Assembly: GCA_038245295.1 (NCBI GenBank)
Contig: JBBRSP010000011.1
Span: 64,001 to 128,000 of the forward strand
Direction: 5' to 3'
Source: Candidatus Binatia bacterium
GTDB taxonomy: Bacteria > Desulfobacterota > Binatia > HRBIN30
Length of the DNA: 64,000 nt
Position 1 is the first letter of the stretch, and the number at the start of each line of letters is the position of its first letter. Under the pieces are notes generated by a model. The model saw nothing but the letters and a program-made list of their open reading frames with translations, was not told the DNA's origin and ran no database searches. Made by a program: the position numbers and the translations under genes. This document shows positions 18,831-27,330 of this stretch, one piece after another.

Positions 18831-21140
18831 ATGCAGGCGCGAAGCGGTCGGTTGTGGTGGGTTCTATTGGCGGCCGGTGCGACCATCGTCAGCGCAGCGG
18901 CGTCGGTGAATGCGGCGCCCTCTATCCAGGTCGGAACTGGGATCGGTGGCCCGGGCGGCCTCGTGGTAGTGCCGACATCCCTCTCCGGGAACGGCGCCGC
19001 CGTTGTTGCCACGAGCAGCGATATTTCGATCGACACATCGCGGTTCCTGCTGCGTACGTGTGCGATCAATCCAGGTCTGGTTGGTCCGCCGGCCAATGCG
19101 GTGTTCTCCGGCCCCACCCCATACTGCAGTAGCAGTGAGATCTTGTGTGCCGGCGATGCCGATTGTCCGCCAGCCGAACACTGCAATCGACTTCGCCTCA
19201 AGATCCAGAGTCAGACGAACTCGGTTGTTCCGGACGGTGAGCTTTTCCACTGCACGTTTGTCATCTTCGCGGCGACGCCACCCGGTGGTTATCCGCTGCA
19301 CAATCTTTCGACGGCAAGCGACGCGCTTGGATCGCTAACGACTACCTCGTTGGACGGTCAGATCCTGGTGATCAATGGGCTGACGCCGACGCCGACGTTC
19401 ACCCGGACGGCGACGCTGACGCGCACTCCGACCCCGACCGCGACGCGTACGGCGACGGCATCCTCGACCGCGACCGGTACGCGGACCGCAACTCGAACAC
19501 TCACGCGGACAGCCACAGGCGCACCGAGCTCGACGCTGACACCGTCGGTGGCGCTACCGCGTGTCCACCTCGATCTTGCCGGCGCTACCGGCGAGCCTGG
19601 AGCAACCCTTACGGTTGCGGCGACCCTTCTCGGCGAAGGCCTGTCCGTGGCGCGAACTTCCAATGACCTGATGTTTGACTCGGACCGATTCTCCGTGCGC
19701 AACTGCGCCATCAACCCGGTTCTTTCGGACATGACCCCAAATCAGCAGCTCACGGGTCCGTCGCTGCTGTGTGGTGAAACCGCCGTGGCCTGTAGCGGCG
19801 ACGCGCAGTGCCCGCTCGGCGAGCGTTGTCAACGCCTGCGTGTCGGGACGACCAATACCGGTGGATTGACGGTGCCGGATGGGTTTCTGTTTTCGTGCAC
19901 GTTTGTCATTTTTCCCGGTGCAGAGGCGGGTGTCTATCCGCTGGTAAATTTGGCTACGGCACGCGATGCGCAAAACGTCGTGCTCCCCGGTACGACCGGC
20001 AAGGATGGTGTGTTGAAGGTTGTCTTGCTTTTGTCCCCGACGCCGACGCCATCGTTGAGCCCGACGCCGTCGACGACGATGACACCGACGACCTCCCCGA
20101 CCGTATCGCGCACGGCCACGCCATCGAAGACGGCGACCTCGACACAGACATCCACGACGACCGGCACCGCGACTGTGACACGATCGCCGACGCGCACAGG
20201 CACCTCGACGCCAAGCGCGTCGGCAAGTCGGACGGAGACGGTTACCCGCACCCCAAGTGCGACCGCCTCGGCAACACCGAGCGCGACAGTGTCGCGAACC
20301 GCGACTGCCTCACCCTCGCCAACGGTGTCACGATCGACGACCCCGACACGATCGGCCACAGGCACGCCGACGGCGACGCTGACGCGGACGGACACTACAA
20401 CCTCGACGCCATCGCGGACCGCGACGGTGACGCGTACCGGCTCGCCGACGGCTTCATCCACCAAGCCGGCGACTCGATCGCCAACGTCGACGCCGACATC
20501 GGCATCGACATCGACATCAACCGCATTACCCACGGCGACCTTCACCACAACGCCGACTGTGACGTCGACCGCGACCCTGACACCGAGCTCGACGCTGACG
20601 GCGACGCCGATACCGAGCCCAACGGCAACGCTGACGGCGTCCGGTACACCCAGCCCGACGGCAAGTTCAACGTCGACGCCCAGCACCACGCCAACCAGTT
20701 CCCCGACCGCCCAGCCAACCCTGAGCTCAACCCCGACGCCTTTGCCGAGTCACAGCCCTACTGTGTCGGCGTCGCCGACGGAAAGCCCGACGCCATTGCC
20801 CACCGAGACTTCGACCGCGACCCCGGTGGCGACCGCGAGCCGTAGCCTCACGCCAACCGCTACTCCGACGCCCATCTCGACTGTCTCGGCAACCGTGAGC
20901 GCGACCACAACGGCGAGCCCCACGCTCAGCCCTACGGCGGTCGTGTTGTGCGTCGGTGACTGCGACGCGGATGGGATGGTGACGGTCGACGAAGTGTTGC
21001 GTCTGGTGCGTATTGCGATCGGCGAAGGACCGATTGGATTGTGTGCGGCCGGCGATGTCGACGGCAACGGTCTAGTGACGATCGAGGAGATCGTCCGCAG
21101 CGTTAACGTGGCGCTGGAAGGCTGCGACGCTGCGGGTTGA
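18831..21140 (+). CDS. Secreted scaffold-like protein: 2 cohesin-like domains, about 300-aa Ser/Thr/Pro stalk, C-terminal dockerin-like domain
   Basis: Signal peptide ending SVNA; two homologous beta-domains (G.PG...V...TS.D...D..RF....CAINP...RLR...VPDG.LF.CTFVIF.....G.YPL.N...A.DA....DG); GDCDADGMVTVDE / GDVDGNGLVTIEE paired Ca-loops; GGAGG SD. Confidence 0.8.
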   Translation: MQARSGRLWWVLLAAGATIVSAAASVNAAPSIQVGTGIGGPGGLVVVPTSLSGNGAAVVATSSDISIDTSRFLLRTCAINPGLVGPPANAVFSGPTPYCSSSEILCAGDADCPPAEHCNRLRLKIQSQTNSVVPDGELFHCTFVIFAATPPGGYPLHNLSTASDALGSLTTTSLDGQILVINGLTPTPTFTRTATLTRTPTPTATRTATASSTATGTRTATRTLTRTATGAPSSTLTPSVALPRVHLDLAGATGEPGATLTVAATLLGEGLSVARTSNDLMFDSDRFSVRNCAINPVLSDMTPNQQLTGPSLLCGETAVACSGDAQCPLGERCQRLRVGTTNTGGLTVPDGFLFSCTFVIFPGAEAGVYPLVNLATARDAQNVVLPGTTGKDGVLKVVLLLSPTPTPSLSPTPSTTMTPTTSPTVSRTATPSKTATSTQTSTTTGTATVTRSPTRTGTSTPSASASRTETVTRTPSATASATPSATVSRTATASPSPTVSRSTTPTRSATGTPTATLTRTDTTTSTPSRTATVTRTGSPTASSTKPATRSPTSTPTSASTSTSTALPTATFTTTPTVTSTATLTPSSTLTATPIPSPTATLTASGTPSPTASSTSTPSTTPTSSPTAQPTLSSTPTPLPSHSPTVSASPTESPTPLPTETSTATPVATASRSLTPTATPTPISTVSATVSATTTASPTLSPTAVVLCVGDCDADGMVTVDEVLRLVRIAIGEGPIGLCAAGDVDGNGLVTIEEIVRSVNVALEGCDAAG
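20034..20940 (+). repeat. Low-complexity Ser/Thr/Pro (TPT/SPT/TAT) coding repeat
   Basis: About 300 consecutive codons dominated by T, S, P and A. Confidence 0.9.
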
Positions 21141-21205
21141 ACGCATGCGGCTTCCAAAGTGTCGGCCGCTATGCTTGACGGCGACACAGTAGGAACATCC
21201 GACCA

Positions 21206-22195
21206 ATGGCAGGAATCCGCGATCATATTCGGTTTGATAGTGTGTGGTGGAGAAAGTTCGCTTACCTCGGGAGTGCGCATGCGCCGGAGTGGTTCAAGCG
21301 CGCTGCTCCGCCGGCAATTGGGGCGACGATCTTTGCTTTGGCGAGTGGGCGCCGAGAGGCGGCCATTGAAAACATGATGCGGGTCCTCGGCACCAACGAT
21401 CGCGTCGTGGCACGCCGAGTCGCACTTCAGATGTTCCAGTGCTTTGCCCAATGCCTGAGCGAAACCCTCGAAAGTTACGGTTTGGGGACGGAAGGCGTGC
21501 GCTGCGACACACCTGCGGTGAACCCGGTGGCCGAGGCCCTGGAGGCGGGGCGTGGCGCCATCCTGGTGACGGCACATCTTGGCAACTGGGACCTGGCAGC
21601 CCATGCAATCCAGCACCGTGGCCATGCCATCAACGTCGTCATGGGCCGAGAACCCAATGAGACGGCGCAGGGTTACGGACAGCAGGCCCGCGAGGCGGTT
21701 GGGGTGCGTGTCATTTATTCCGACACTTCGGTTTTCGCCTCTTTGAACATGATTCGCGCTCTGCAACGCAACGAAATCGTCGCGCTGCAACTCGACCGCC
21801 TGCAGGGGCCACGCATGGTCGCTCAAGAGGTCCCATTCTTTGGGCGCCCGACGCCGTTTCCCGTTGGCCCATTTGCCCTTGCGCGGCTCAGTGGGGCTCC
21901 GCTGATTCCGGTGTTTGTCCCACGTCGCGGCAGGCGCCATTACGAATTGAAAGTCGGACAGCCATACTATGTGCGCCGCGGCGGCGATCGCCAGACGTTA
22001 CGTCACGTGATGGTCGAAGTGGTGGCCTACCTGGAATTGATTATCCGCGAACACCCAGACCAGTGGTTCCAATTCGCGCCGTTCTGGCCGTCGGTGGATA
22101 GCCCGAGGATCGCCAACTGCGGCACGCCCCCAGACGGCCGCGGCGCTGAGCTGAACCAACCGGGACAATCCGAGCACGCTGCCAAGGTACGTTAG
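21206..22195 (+). CDS. Lysophospholipid/lipid A late acyltransferase family (LpxL/HtrB-like)
   Basis: GRGAILVTAHLGNWD (HX4D), FFGRPTPFP.GP..LARLSGAPLIP, IREHPDQWF. Confidence 0.88.
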   Translation: MAGIRDHIRFDSVWWRKFAYLGSAHAPEWFKRAAPPAIGATIFALASGRREAAIENMMRVLGTNDRVVARRVALQMFQCFAQCLSETLESYGLGTEGVRCDTPAVNPVAEALEAGRGAILVTAHLGNWDLAAHAIQHRGHAINVVMGREPNETAQGYGQQAREAVGVRVIYSDTSVFASLNMIRALQRNEIVALQLDRLQGPRMVAQEVPFFGRPTPFPVGPFALARLSGAPLIPVFVPRRGRRHYELKVGQPYYVRRGGDRQTLRHVMVEVVAYLELIIREHPDQWFQFAPFWPSVDSPRIANCGTPPDGRGAELNQPGQSEHAAKVR

Positions 22196-22224
22196 CGTTT
22201 CTTGCCCCTTCCGCCGTTCTTCCC

Positions 22225-22926
22225 ATGACGCAAGATCCAAGCAACATACGACCCGCCGTGCTGATTCCGGCTCTCGAGGCGGCTACAACACTTGATGCCG
22301 TCGTGCAGGGGTGCCGCGACCTCGGCTTCCATGTCCTGGTCGTCGATGACGGGTCCAGTGACGGTACCGCGGCGATCGGTCGGGCCGCTGGAGCGTCGGT
22401 CCTGGTTCACGAACGCAATCGCGGCAAGGGTGCGGCACTGATGTCCGGGATGCGGACACTGGCGAAAGAGGGATTCACGCACGCCGTAACCGTGGATGCG
22501 GACGGGCAGCATCTCCCTTGGGAAATCAATAAGTTAGTGCGGAGTGCCGAGCACCAACCGCGGGCCATCGTGCTGGGTGATCGCCAGATGGCCAGCATTA
22601 CTCAGGCGGCGCGTTCCAACCAGTTTGGCAACCGCTTCGCGAACCGTTGGGTGGAGATTGCCTGCGGCGTTGCCCTGCCCGACACCCAGTCCGGCCTACG
22701 AGTGTACCCGCTGCACGCCACATTGGGGCTCGGCCTGCGCGCGGATCGATTCGCCTTCGAAACGGAAGTGCTGATTCGGGCTGTGCGTCAGGGCATCCCG
22801 ATTACGTCTGTTCCCGTTGCCGTTTACTACCCGCCGGCGGACCAACGGACCAGCCACTTCCGTCGCATCGTCGACACGGTGCGCATCATCGGAGTCGTCC
22901 TCGGGTTGATCTTTCGGATCTGGTGA
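22225..22926 (+). CDS. Glycosyltransferase family 2 (DPM1-like)
   Basis: VLIPA, VVDDGSSDGT, NRGKGAAL, TVDADGQH, DTQSGLRVYP, FETEVL. Confidence 0.9.
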   Translation: MTQDPSNIRPAVLIPALEAATTLDAVVQGCRDLGFHVLVVDDGSSDGTAAIGRAAGASVLVHERNRGKGAALMSGMRTLAKEGFTHAVTVDADGQHLPWEINKLVRSAEHQPRAIVLGDRQMASITQAARSNQFGNRFANRWVEIACGVALPDTQSGLRVYPLHATLGLGLRADRFAFETEVLIRAVRQGIPITSVPVAVYYPPADQRTSHFRRIVDTVRIIGVVLGLIFRIW

Positions 22927-22973
22927 CGCCTCAAAACCGACAAAATTTCCAACTGTTACCGGACAGAATCGCG

Positions 22974-23002
22974 TTGACAAGAGCTCGATACGGTGGCACC
23001 CT
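22974..23002 (+). promoter_or_regulatory. Candidate sigma70 promoter
   Basis: Perfect TTGACA-17 bp-CACCCT with extended -10 TG, upstream of the beta-propeller/dockerin gene. Confidence 0.45.
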
Positions 23003-23178
23003 CGCGCAGTTTTTGTGTATGACCCCCATTCCGGCCCGCGGATGTGGGTTGGGTCGTGGGGATGTACGCACGCGACGGAAGTGCGAAAGATGGCGGTTCG
23101 GTGGGTGCCAGGTACCACCGGAAAGTCTGGAGCGAAATGGTGAAGAGAAGCCTTCAAATGTCTGAAGTGAGGTGCGGC

Positions 23179-25683
23179 ATGCGGCAGTTGACTACGCAAT
23201 TGGCGAGGGTCGGGTGTGCATTGGCCGTCACGGCGTCGATTGCCGCGGCACAAGTTGGTACCCCGACCCCGATCAGGTTGGTGAGCGCGAATTCCTCCGG
23301 CTTGGCCGGAAACGGCCCGAGCAACGGCATCGCCGTAAGTACCGATGGTGGGATCGCTGCGTTTTACTCTGACGCGACCGATCTGGTGCCCGGCGATACG
23401 AATCAGATGCGCGACGTTTTTGTGCGAGATCTCAGCACGGGGCTCACTGAGCGTGTTAGCGTCAGCAGTAGCGGTGCCCAGGCAAACGGTGTCAGTCACA
23501 ATGCCTACGGTGGAGTGGCCATTTCTGGAAACGGACAGATTGTCGCGTTCTACTCCCAGGCCAGCAATCTTGTGGCGAACGATACGAACCGTTTTGCTGA
23601 CGTATTTGTTCGTCTGCGCGGATCCAGTTCGACGCAGCGAGTAAGTGTCGCTTCGGACGGTACCGAGGCCAACGGAGCGAGCGTTCTGCCGAGCATCAGT
23701 GCCGATGGTCGCTATGTCGTATTTCAGTCGGAAGCATCAAATCTCGTCGCCGGTGACACGAATCGGGTTACCGATATCTTCGTTCACGATCGGGTGACGG
23801 GCACGACGACGCGCGTTTGCAACGTCCAAGGTGACCTCTCGAGCTCGACGCCAGTGATCAGCGCGGACGGCAGCACCATAGCCTTTGCTTCTTCGGCGAC
23901 GAACCTCGTAAGCGACGATACCAACAATCATCTTGACATCTTTGTCTGCGACCGGGTGTCCGGCGTGCCTGAGCGAATCAGTCTTTCGTCGAGTCAGGAC
24001 GAAGGCAACGGAGACAGTATCTTACCGGCCCTCAGCGCCACCGGTCGTTTCGTCGGCTTCAAATCGCTTGCGGACAATCTGGTCGATGGCGATCGCAATG
24101 GATCCGTTGACGTCTTTGTTCGTGATCGACAAATGGGCAAGACGGAACGGATCTCGGTTGGTGTCAACGGTGGCGACTCTTCCGACGTGAACTTCCCGCC
24201 TACTCTCAGCAATGATGGTCGGTTCGTTGCGTTTGCTTCTTTTGCCAACAACCTGATCCAAAACGATTACAACCATTCCGTCGACGTCTTTGTTCGTGAC
24301 CGGCAGATCGGCGTCACCGTTGCGGTGCGTAACGACGCCGGCGACTTGCCAAACGGCAGCGCGCCGGACGTACCACCGAGCATCAGCGGCGACGGCAAGC
24401 AGGTCGGCTTCACGTCGCTTGCGACAAATCTTGTGGTTCCAGATCGCAATGAAGCGACCGACTCTTTCGTTGCAACCAACCCCTTCTATGGGCCGGGAAG
24501 CTGCCCCGACGGCACATGCCCCGACGGCAATGTCTGTGTTGCTGGATTCTGCGCGGTTCCGACCAAGACGCCGACGATCACGCGTACACCGACGCCGACC
24601 AAGACCGGCACGGCAACCAAGACACCGACCCCGACAGCAACCTTCCGGAGCTGTACGGATGACAGCCAATGCCGCGCCGACGAACACTGCCGCGCCGGGT
24701 TCTGCAAGAAGAAGCGCCCGTGCGACGACACCGATCCGACGATTGATCGGTTGGCGTGTTTTGGCGATCGTGAGACGTGTATCGACAACCTCTGCGAGTG
24801 TGGCGGGGATTGTAACCGCGACGGGGTTGTCCTGACCAACGAGATCACGAAGGCCGTGTTGATCCTGGCGGGAATCGAACCCATCACCAGTTGCACGGCG
24901 GCGGACATCAACTCTGACGGACAAGTGTTGGGCAACGAAATTACACTGTCTGTCATCAACCTGGGCGAGGGCTGCACGCAAGAGGGGCAACCGCTGATGT
25001 TCGCCCACGACCGTGGGGAGAAGGTCGCCCTGAAGGTTTCCTCCGGTACGAGCGGGCAGGGCAGCACGATCCCGGTGACGGTCGATATGTCCGGTGGCGG
25101 CGGCGACGTGGCCACGGCGCAGATCGATCTGCTGTTTGACCCGACCGTCTTGCACGTGCCCAATCCAGGTGCCGCCTGCCACCTCGACGATCGCTTGGCG
25201 TCCAACCACATTCTGGCGGCGACAATCACGGATACACCACCGGCCCCTCCGGGGTTGGCGCGTTTGCGCTTGTTCGTCGGAGACATTGTGGCTCCGATCG
25301 ACACCTTTGCCGACGGCCGCCTGGTGACGTGTGAGTTCGAAGTGGCGGCCGAGGCTCAACCCGGTATGTCGTTCGTCGTCGGTGATCGCCTGAACATCGG
25401 CGATGCACGCGGCAGCGTTTTCGATGCGGAGACGGTTGACGGCAGCGTCACGGTTTCTGGTCCGGCTGCCACCCCGACCCCAGCGGCTGGCGTGACGTGC
25501 GCTGGTGACTGCGACGGCGACGGCGAAGTCTTCGGGAATGAAATCACACAAGCGGTGCGGATTCTCGCCGGTGAAGCGCCACGGGCGGAGTGCGAAGCGG
25601 CCGACGCGGATGGTGATGGCGAAGTCTTCGTGACCGATGTCACGCAGGCCATCATGCATCTCGGACGCGGTTGTCCCCGCTAG
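23179..25683 (+). CDS. Secreted modular protein: 7-bladed TolB/PD40-like beta-propeller, Cys-rich repeats, dockerin-like, cohesin-like, dockerin-like
   Basis: Seven repeats RVSV...N..S..P.ISADGR.V.F.S.A.NLV..DTN...DVFVRDR; dockerin-like domains at 24799-24975 and 25498-25674; cohesin-like domain at about 25021-25458 (IPVTVDM...VATAQIDLLFDPTVL); GAGGTG SD. Confidence 0.82.
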   Translation: MRQLTTQLARVGCALAVTASIAAAQVGTPTPIRLVSANSSGLAGNGPSNGIAVSTDGGIAAFYSDATDLVPGDTNQMRDVFVRDLSTGLTERVSVSSSGAQANGVSHNAYGGVAISGNGQIVAFYSQASNLVANDTNRFADVFVRLRGSSSTQRVSVASDGTEANGASVLPSISADGRYVVFQSEASNLVAGDTNRVTDIFVHDRVTGTTTRVCNVQGDLSSSTPVISADGSTIAFASSATNLVSDDTNNHLDIFVCDRVSGVPERISLSSSQDEGNGDSILPALSATGRFVGFKSLADNLVDGDRNGSVDVFVRDRQMGKTERISVGVNGGDSSDVNFPPTLSNDGRFVAFASFANNLIQNDYNHSVDVFVRDRQIGVTVAVRNDAGDLPNGSAPDVPPSISGDGKQVGFTSLATNLVVPDRNEATDSFVATNPFYGPGSCPDGTCPDGNVCVAGFCAVPTKTPTITRTPTPTKTGTATKTPTPTATFRSCTDDSQCRADEHCRAGFCKKKRPCDDTDPTIDRLACFGDRETCIDNLCECGGDCNRDGVVLTNEITKAVLILAGIEPITSCTAADINSDGQVLGNEITLSVINLGEGCTQEGQPLMFAHDRGEKVALKVSSGTSGQGSTIPVTVDMSGGGGDVATAQIDLLFDPTVLHVPNPGAACHLDDRLASNHILAATITDTPPAPPGLARLRLFVGDIVAPIDTFADGRLVTCEFEVAAEAQPGMSFVVGDRLNIGDARGSVFDAETVDGSVTVSGPAATPTPAAGVTCAGDCDGDGEVFGNEITQAVRILAGEAPRAECEAADADGDGEVFVTDVTQAIMHLGRGCPR

Positions 25684-25716
25684 GTTCGGGCCATGGACGT
25701 TCTAGGAGGCAACACG

Positions 25717-27210
25717 ATGAGGAATCGGATGCAGAAGACCGGGTACCGGGTGGCCGTAGCGGCATCGCTCGCGGCCTTGTTGGTAGGTCCGGCGTCGGCA
25801 GTAGTTACGATTCAGGTGTCGACCAGCGACGGCGCACCCGGTGGAACGGTGATCCTTGGGTTGGGGCTGCGCCGCGACCCAGGTGACCGTTCGGTGGCAA
25901 CGGCGCAGACCGATGTGATTGTCCAGACAAACCAAATGAAGTTGGTTGGTACTTGTGCCGGGACGACGCAGGCCTGTTCGGCGGCCGACGAGTGCGGCGA
26001 ATCGGGCACCTGCACCTTGCCCTGTGAGAAGGAAGCGCGTCTAACCCAGCATAGCTTCGCAGCGACGCTACCCGCGTTTCAGAATTTGCCGGCGGGGCAG
26101 CAGCGCTTCAGAATGGCGATCGTCGACACGCAGTTCCCGATCGACACACTGACCGACGGGGCGCTGGCTACCTGCGTGCTGCATGTCCCGGACAACGCGG
26201 CATTGGCACCTCTGATCGTGACTACCGATCGCCTGAACGTTGGCGACGAACGCGGCAATGTCGTGCCGGCCGAAGTGGAGATCGCTGCTGGTATGATCAA
26301 GTTGCGAACTCCCACGCCGACCGCCACGATTACGCAGACGCTGGCGCCCTCGGCAACAGCGACGCCGGTTGGGACCCTGCCGACGTCTACACCAACTCCG
26401 ACGCGAACCGGAGGCAGCCCGACTCCGGATACAGCTCCCTGTCCGGCTCAGCGACCTGCGCCCTCGGGCCCAGCTCTTTATGTCGCCGACCAGACGTTGG
26501 CGGCGGGCGCCACGAGTGGGACGATCGAAGTGCGACTAGCGGCTTCCGATAGCCAGGTTGCCGGGACTCAAAATGATCTCGAGTTGCCGGCGAATATCCG
26601 GATCAAGGCGAAGGCGAATGGTCGCCCGGATTGCACCGTAAATAGTGCCATCAACAAGGGGGGGACCTCGTTTGCCTTCCGGCCCACAGGCTGTAATCCC
26701 GCGGCCGGCGAATGCTCGGTACGGGCTCTCGTCTTGTCGACGGAAGATACGAACCCGATCACACTCGATCTGCTCTACAGTTGCAACGTGACCGTCGCCA
26801 GCCGTGGCGGCGGGGTCGCGGTTACGGGAGTGATCCTCAGCACGCCAGAAGGCACGCGTGTTCCCGGAGCTAGCGGACGCAGTGGTGTGATCTGTGTTGA
26901 GGCATCGATAACTCCGACGCCGACGCCGACGCCGAGTTCGAGGCCTGCCACTCCCACGCCGACCATCACGGTTCGTACGCCGGCGACGCTTACTCCAACG
27001 ACGGTTGCGACGGCGACATCGACGGTGCGGGCGACAGCCACCCGCACACTCATCCCGGCGACCAATACGCCAGCACTCAACAACGGTGGTGGCGGCGGCG
27101 GTGGTGGATGCAACTGCGCCGTTTCGCCAGCGGAGGCGGCTAACGGCCTGTCTTCGATGTGGCTCGCCTTGCCGGCGCTGCTCCTGCAGTGGCGTCGTCG
27201 TCGGCGCTAG
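25717..27210 (+). CDS. Surface-anchored scaffold-like protein: 2 cohesin-like domains, Thr/Pro linkers, C-terminal MYXO-CTERM-like sorting signal
   Basis: Signal ending PASA; VATAQTD and VAGTQND beta-domains; C-terminus GGGGGGGG-CNCAV...MWLALPALLLQW-RRRRR; GGAGG SD. Confidence 0.82.
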   Translation: MRNRMQKTGYRVAVAASLAALLVGPASAVVTIQVSTSDGAPGGTVILGLGLRRDPGDRSVATAQTDVIVQTNQMKLVGTCAGTTQACSAADECGESGTCTLPCEKEARLTQHSFAATLPAFQNLPAGQQRFRMAIVDTQFPIDTLTDGALATCVLHVPDNAALAPLIVTTDRLNVGDERGNVVPAEVEIAAGMIKLRTPTPTATITQTLAPSATATPVGTLPTSTPTPTRTGGSPTPDTAPCPAQRPAPSGPALYVADQTLAAGATSGTIEVRLAASDSQVAGTQNDLELPANIRIKAKANGRPDCTVNSAINKGGTSFAFRPTGCNPAAGECSVRALVLSTEDTNPITLDLLYSCNVTVASRGGGVAVTGVILSTPEGTRVPGASGRSGVICVEASITPTPTPTPSSRPATPTPTITVRTPATLTPTTVATATSTVRATATRTLIPATNTPALNNGGGGGGGGCNCAVSPAEAANGLSSMWLALPALLLQWRRRRR

Positions 27211-27234
27211 CCGATTGTTCCCGACCTGTTTGTT

Positions 27235-27266
27235 GCCGGGAGTGCTCGAGGCACTCCCGGCCCTAC
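27235..27266 (-). repeat. GTAG-type REP-like palindrome (may also act as a terminator)
   Basis: GCCGGGAGTGC-TCGAG-GCACTCCCGGC followed by CCTAC. Confidence 0.65.
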
Positions 27267-27330
27267 AGTCCCCCCGCACAGTCGACCGGTTCGGCATCCA
27301 GGCCGCGCCTAAGGGTAGTAGAGGCGGCGA

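Noticed and set aside
17240..20940. Val/Gly-rich minus-strand ORFs (17423..17818, 19934..20689) and Asp/Arg/His-rich alternative-frame ORFs
   Set aside because: Shadows of the Thr/Pro/Ser codon repeats in the real plus-strand genes
18831..27210. True cellulosome
   Set aside because: No glycoside hydrolase, CBM3 or SLH domain is recognisable; only the assembly modules resemble cellulosome parts
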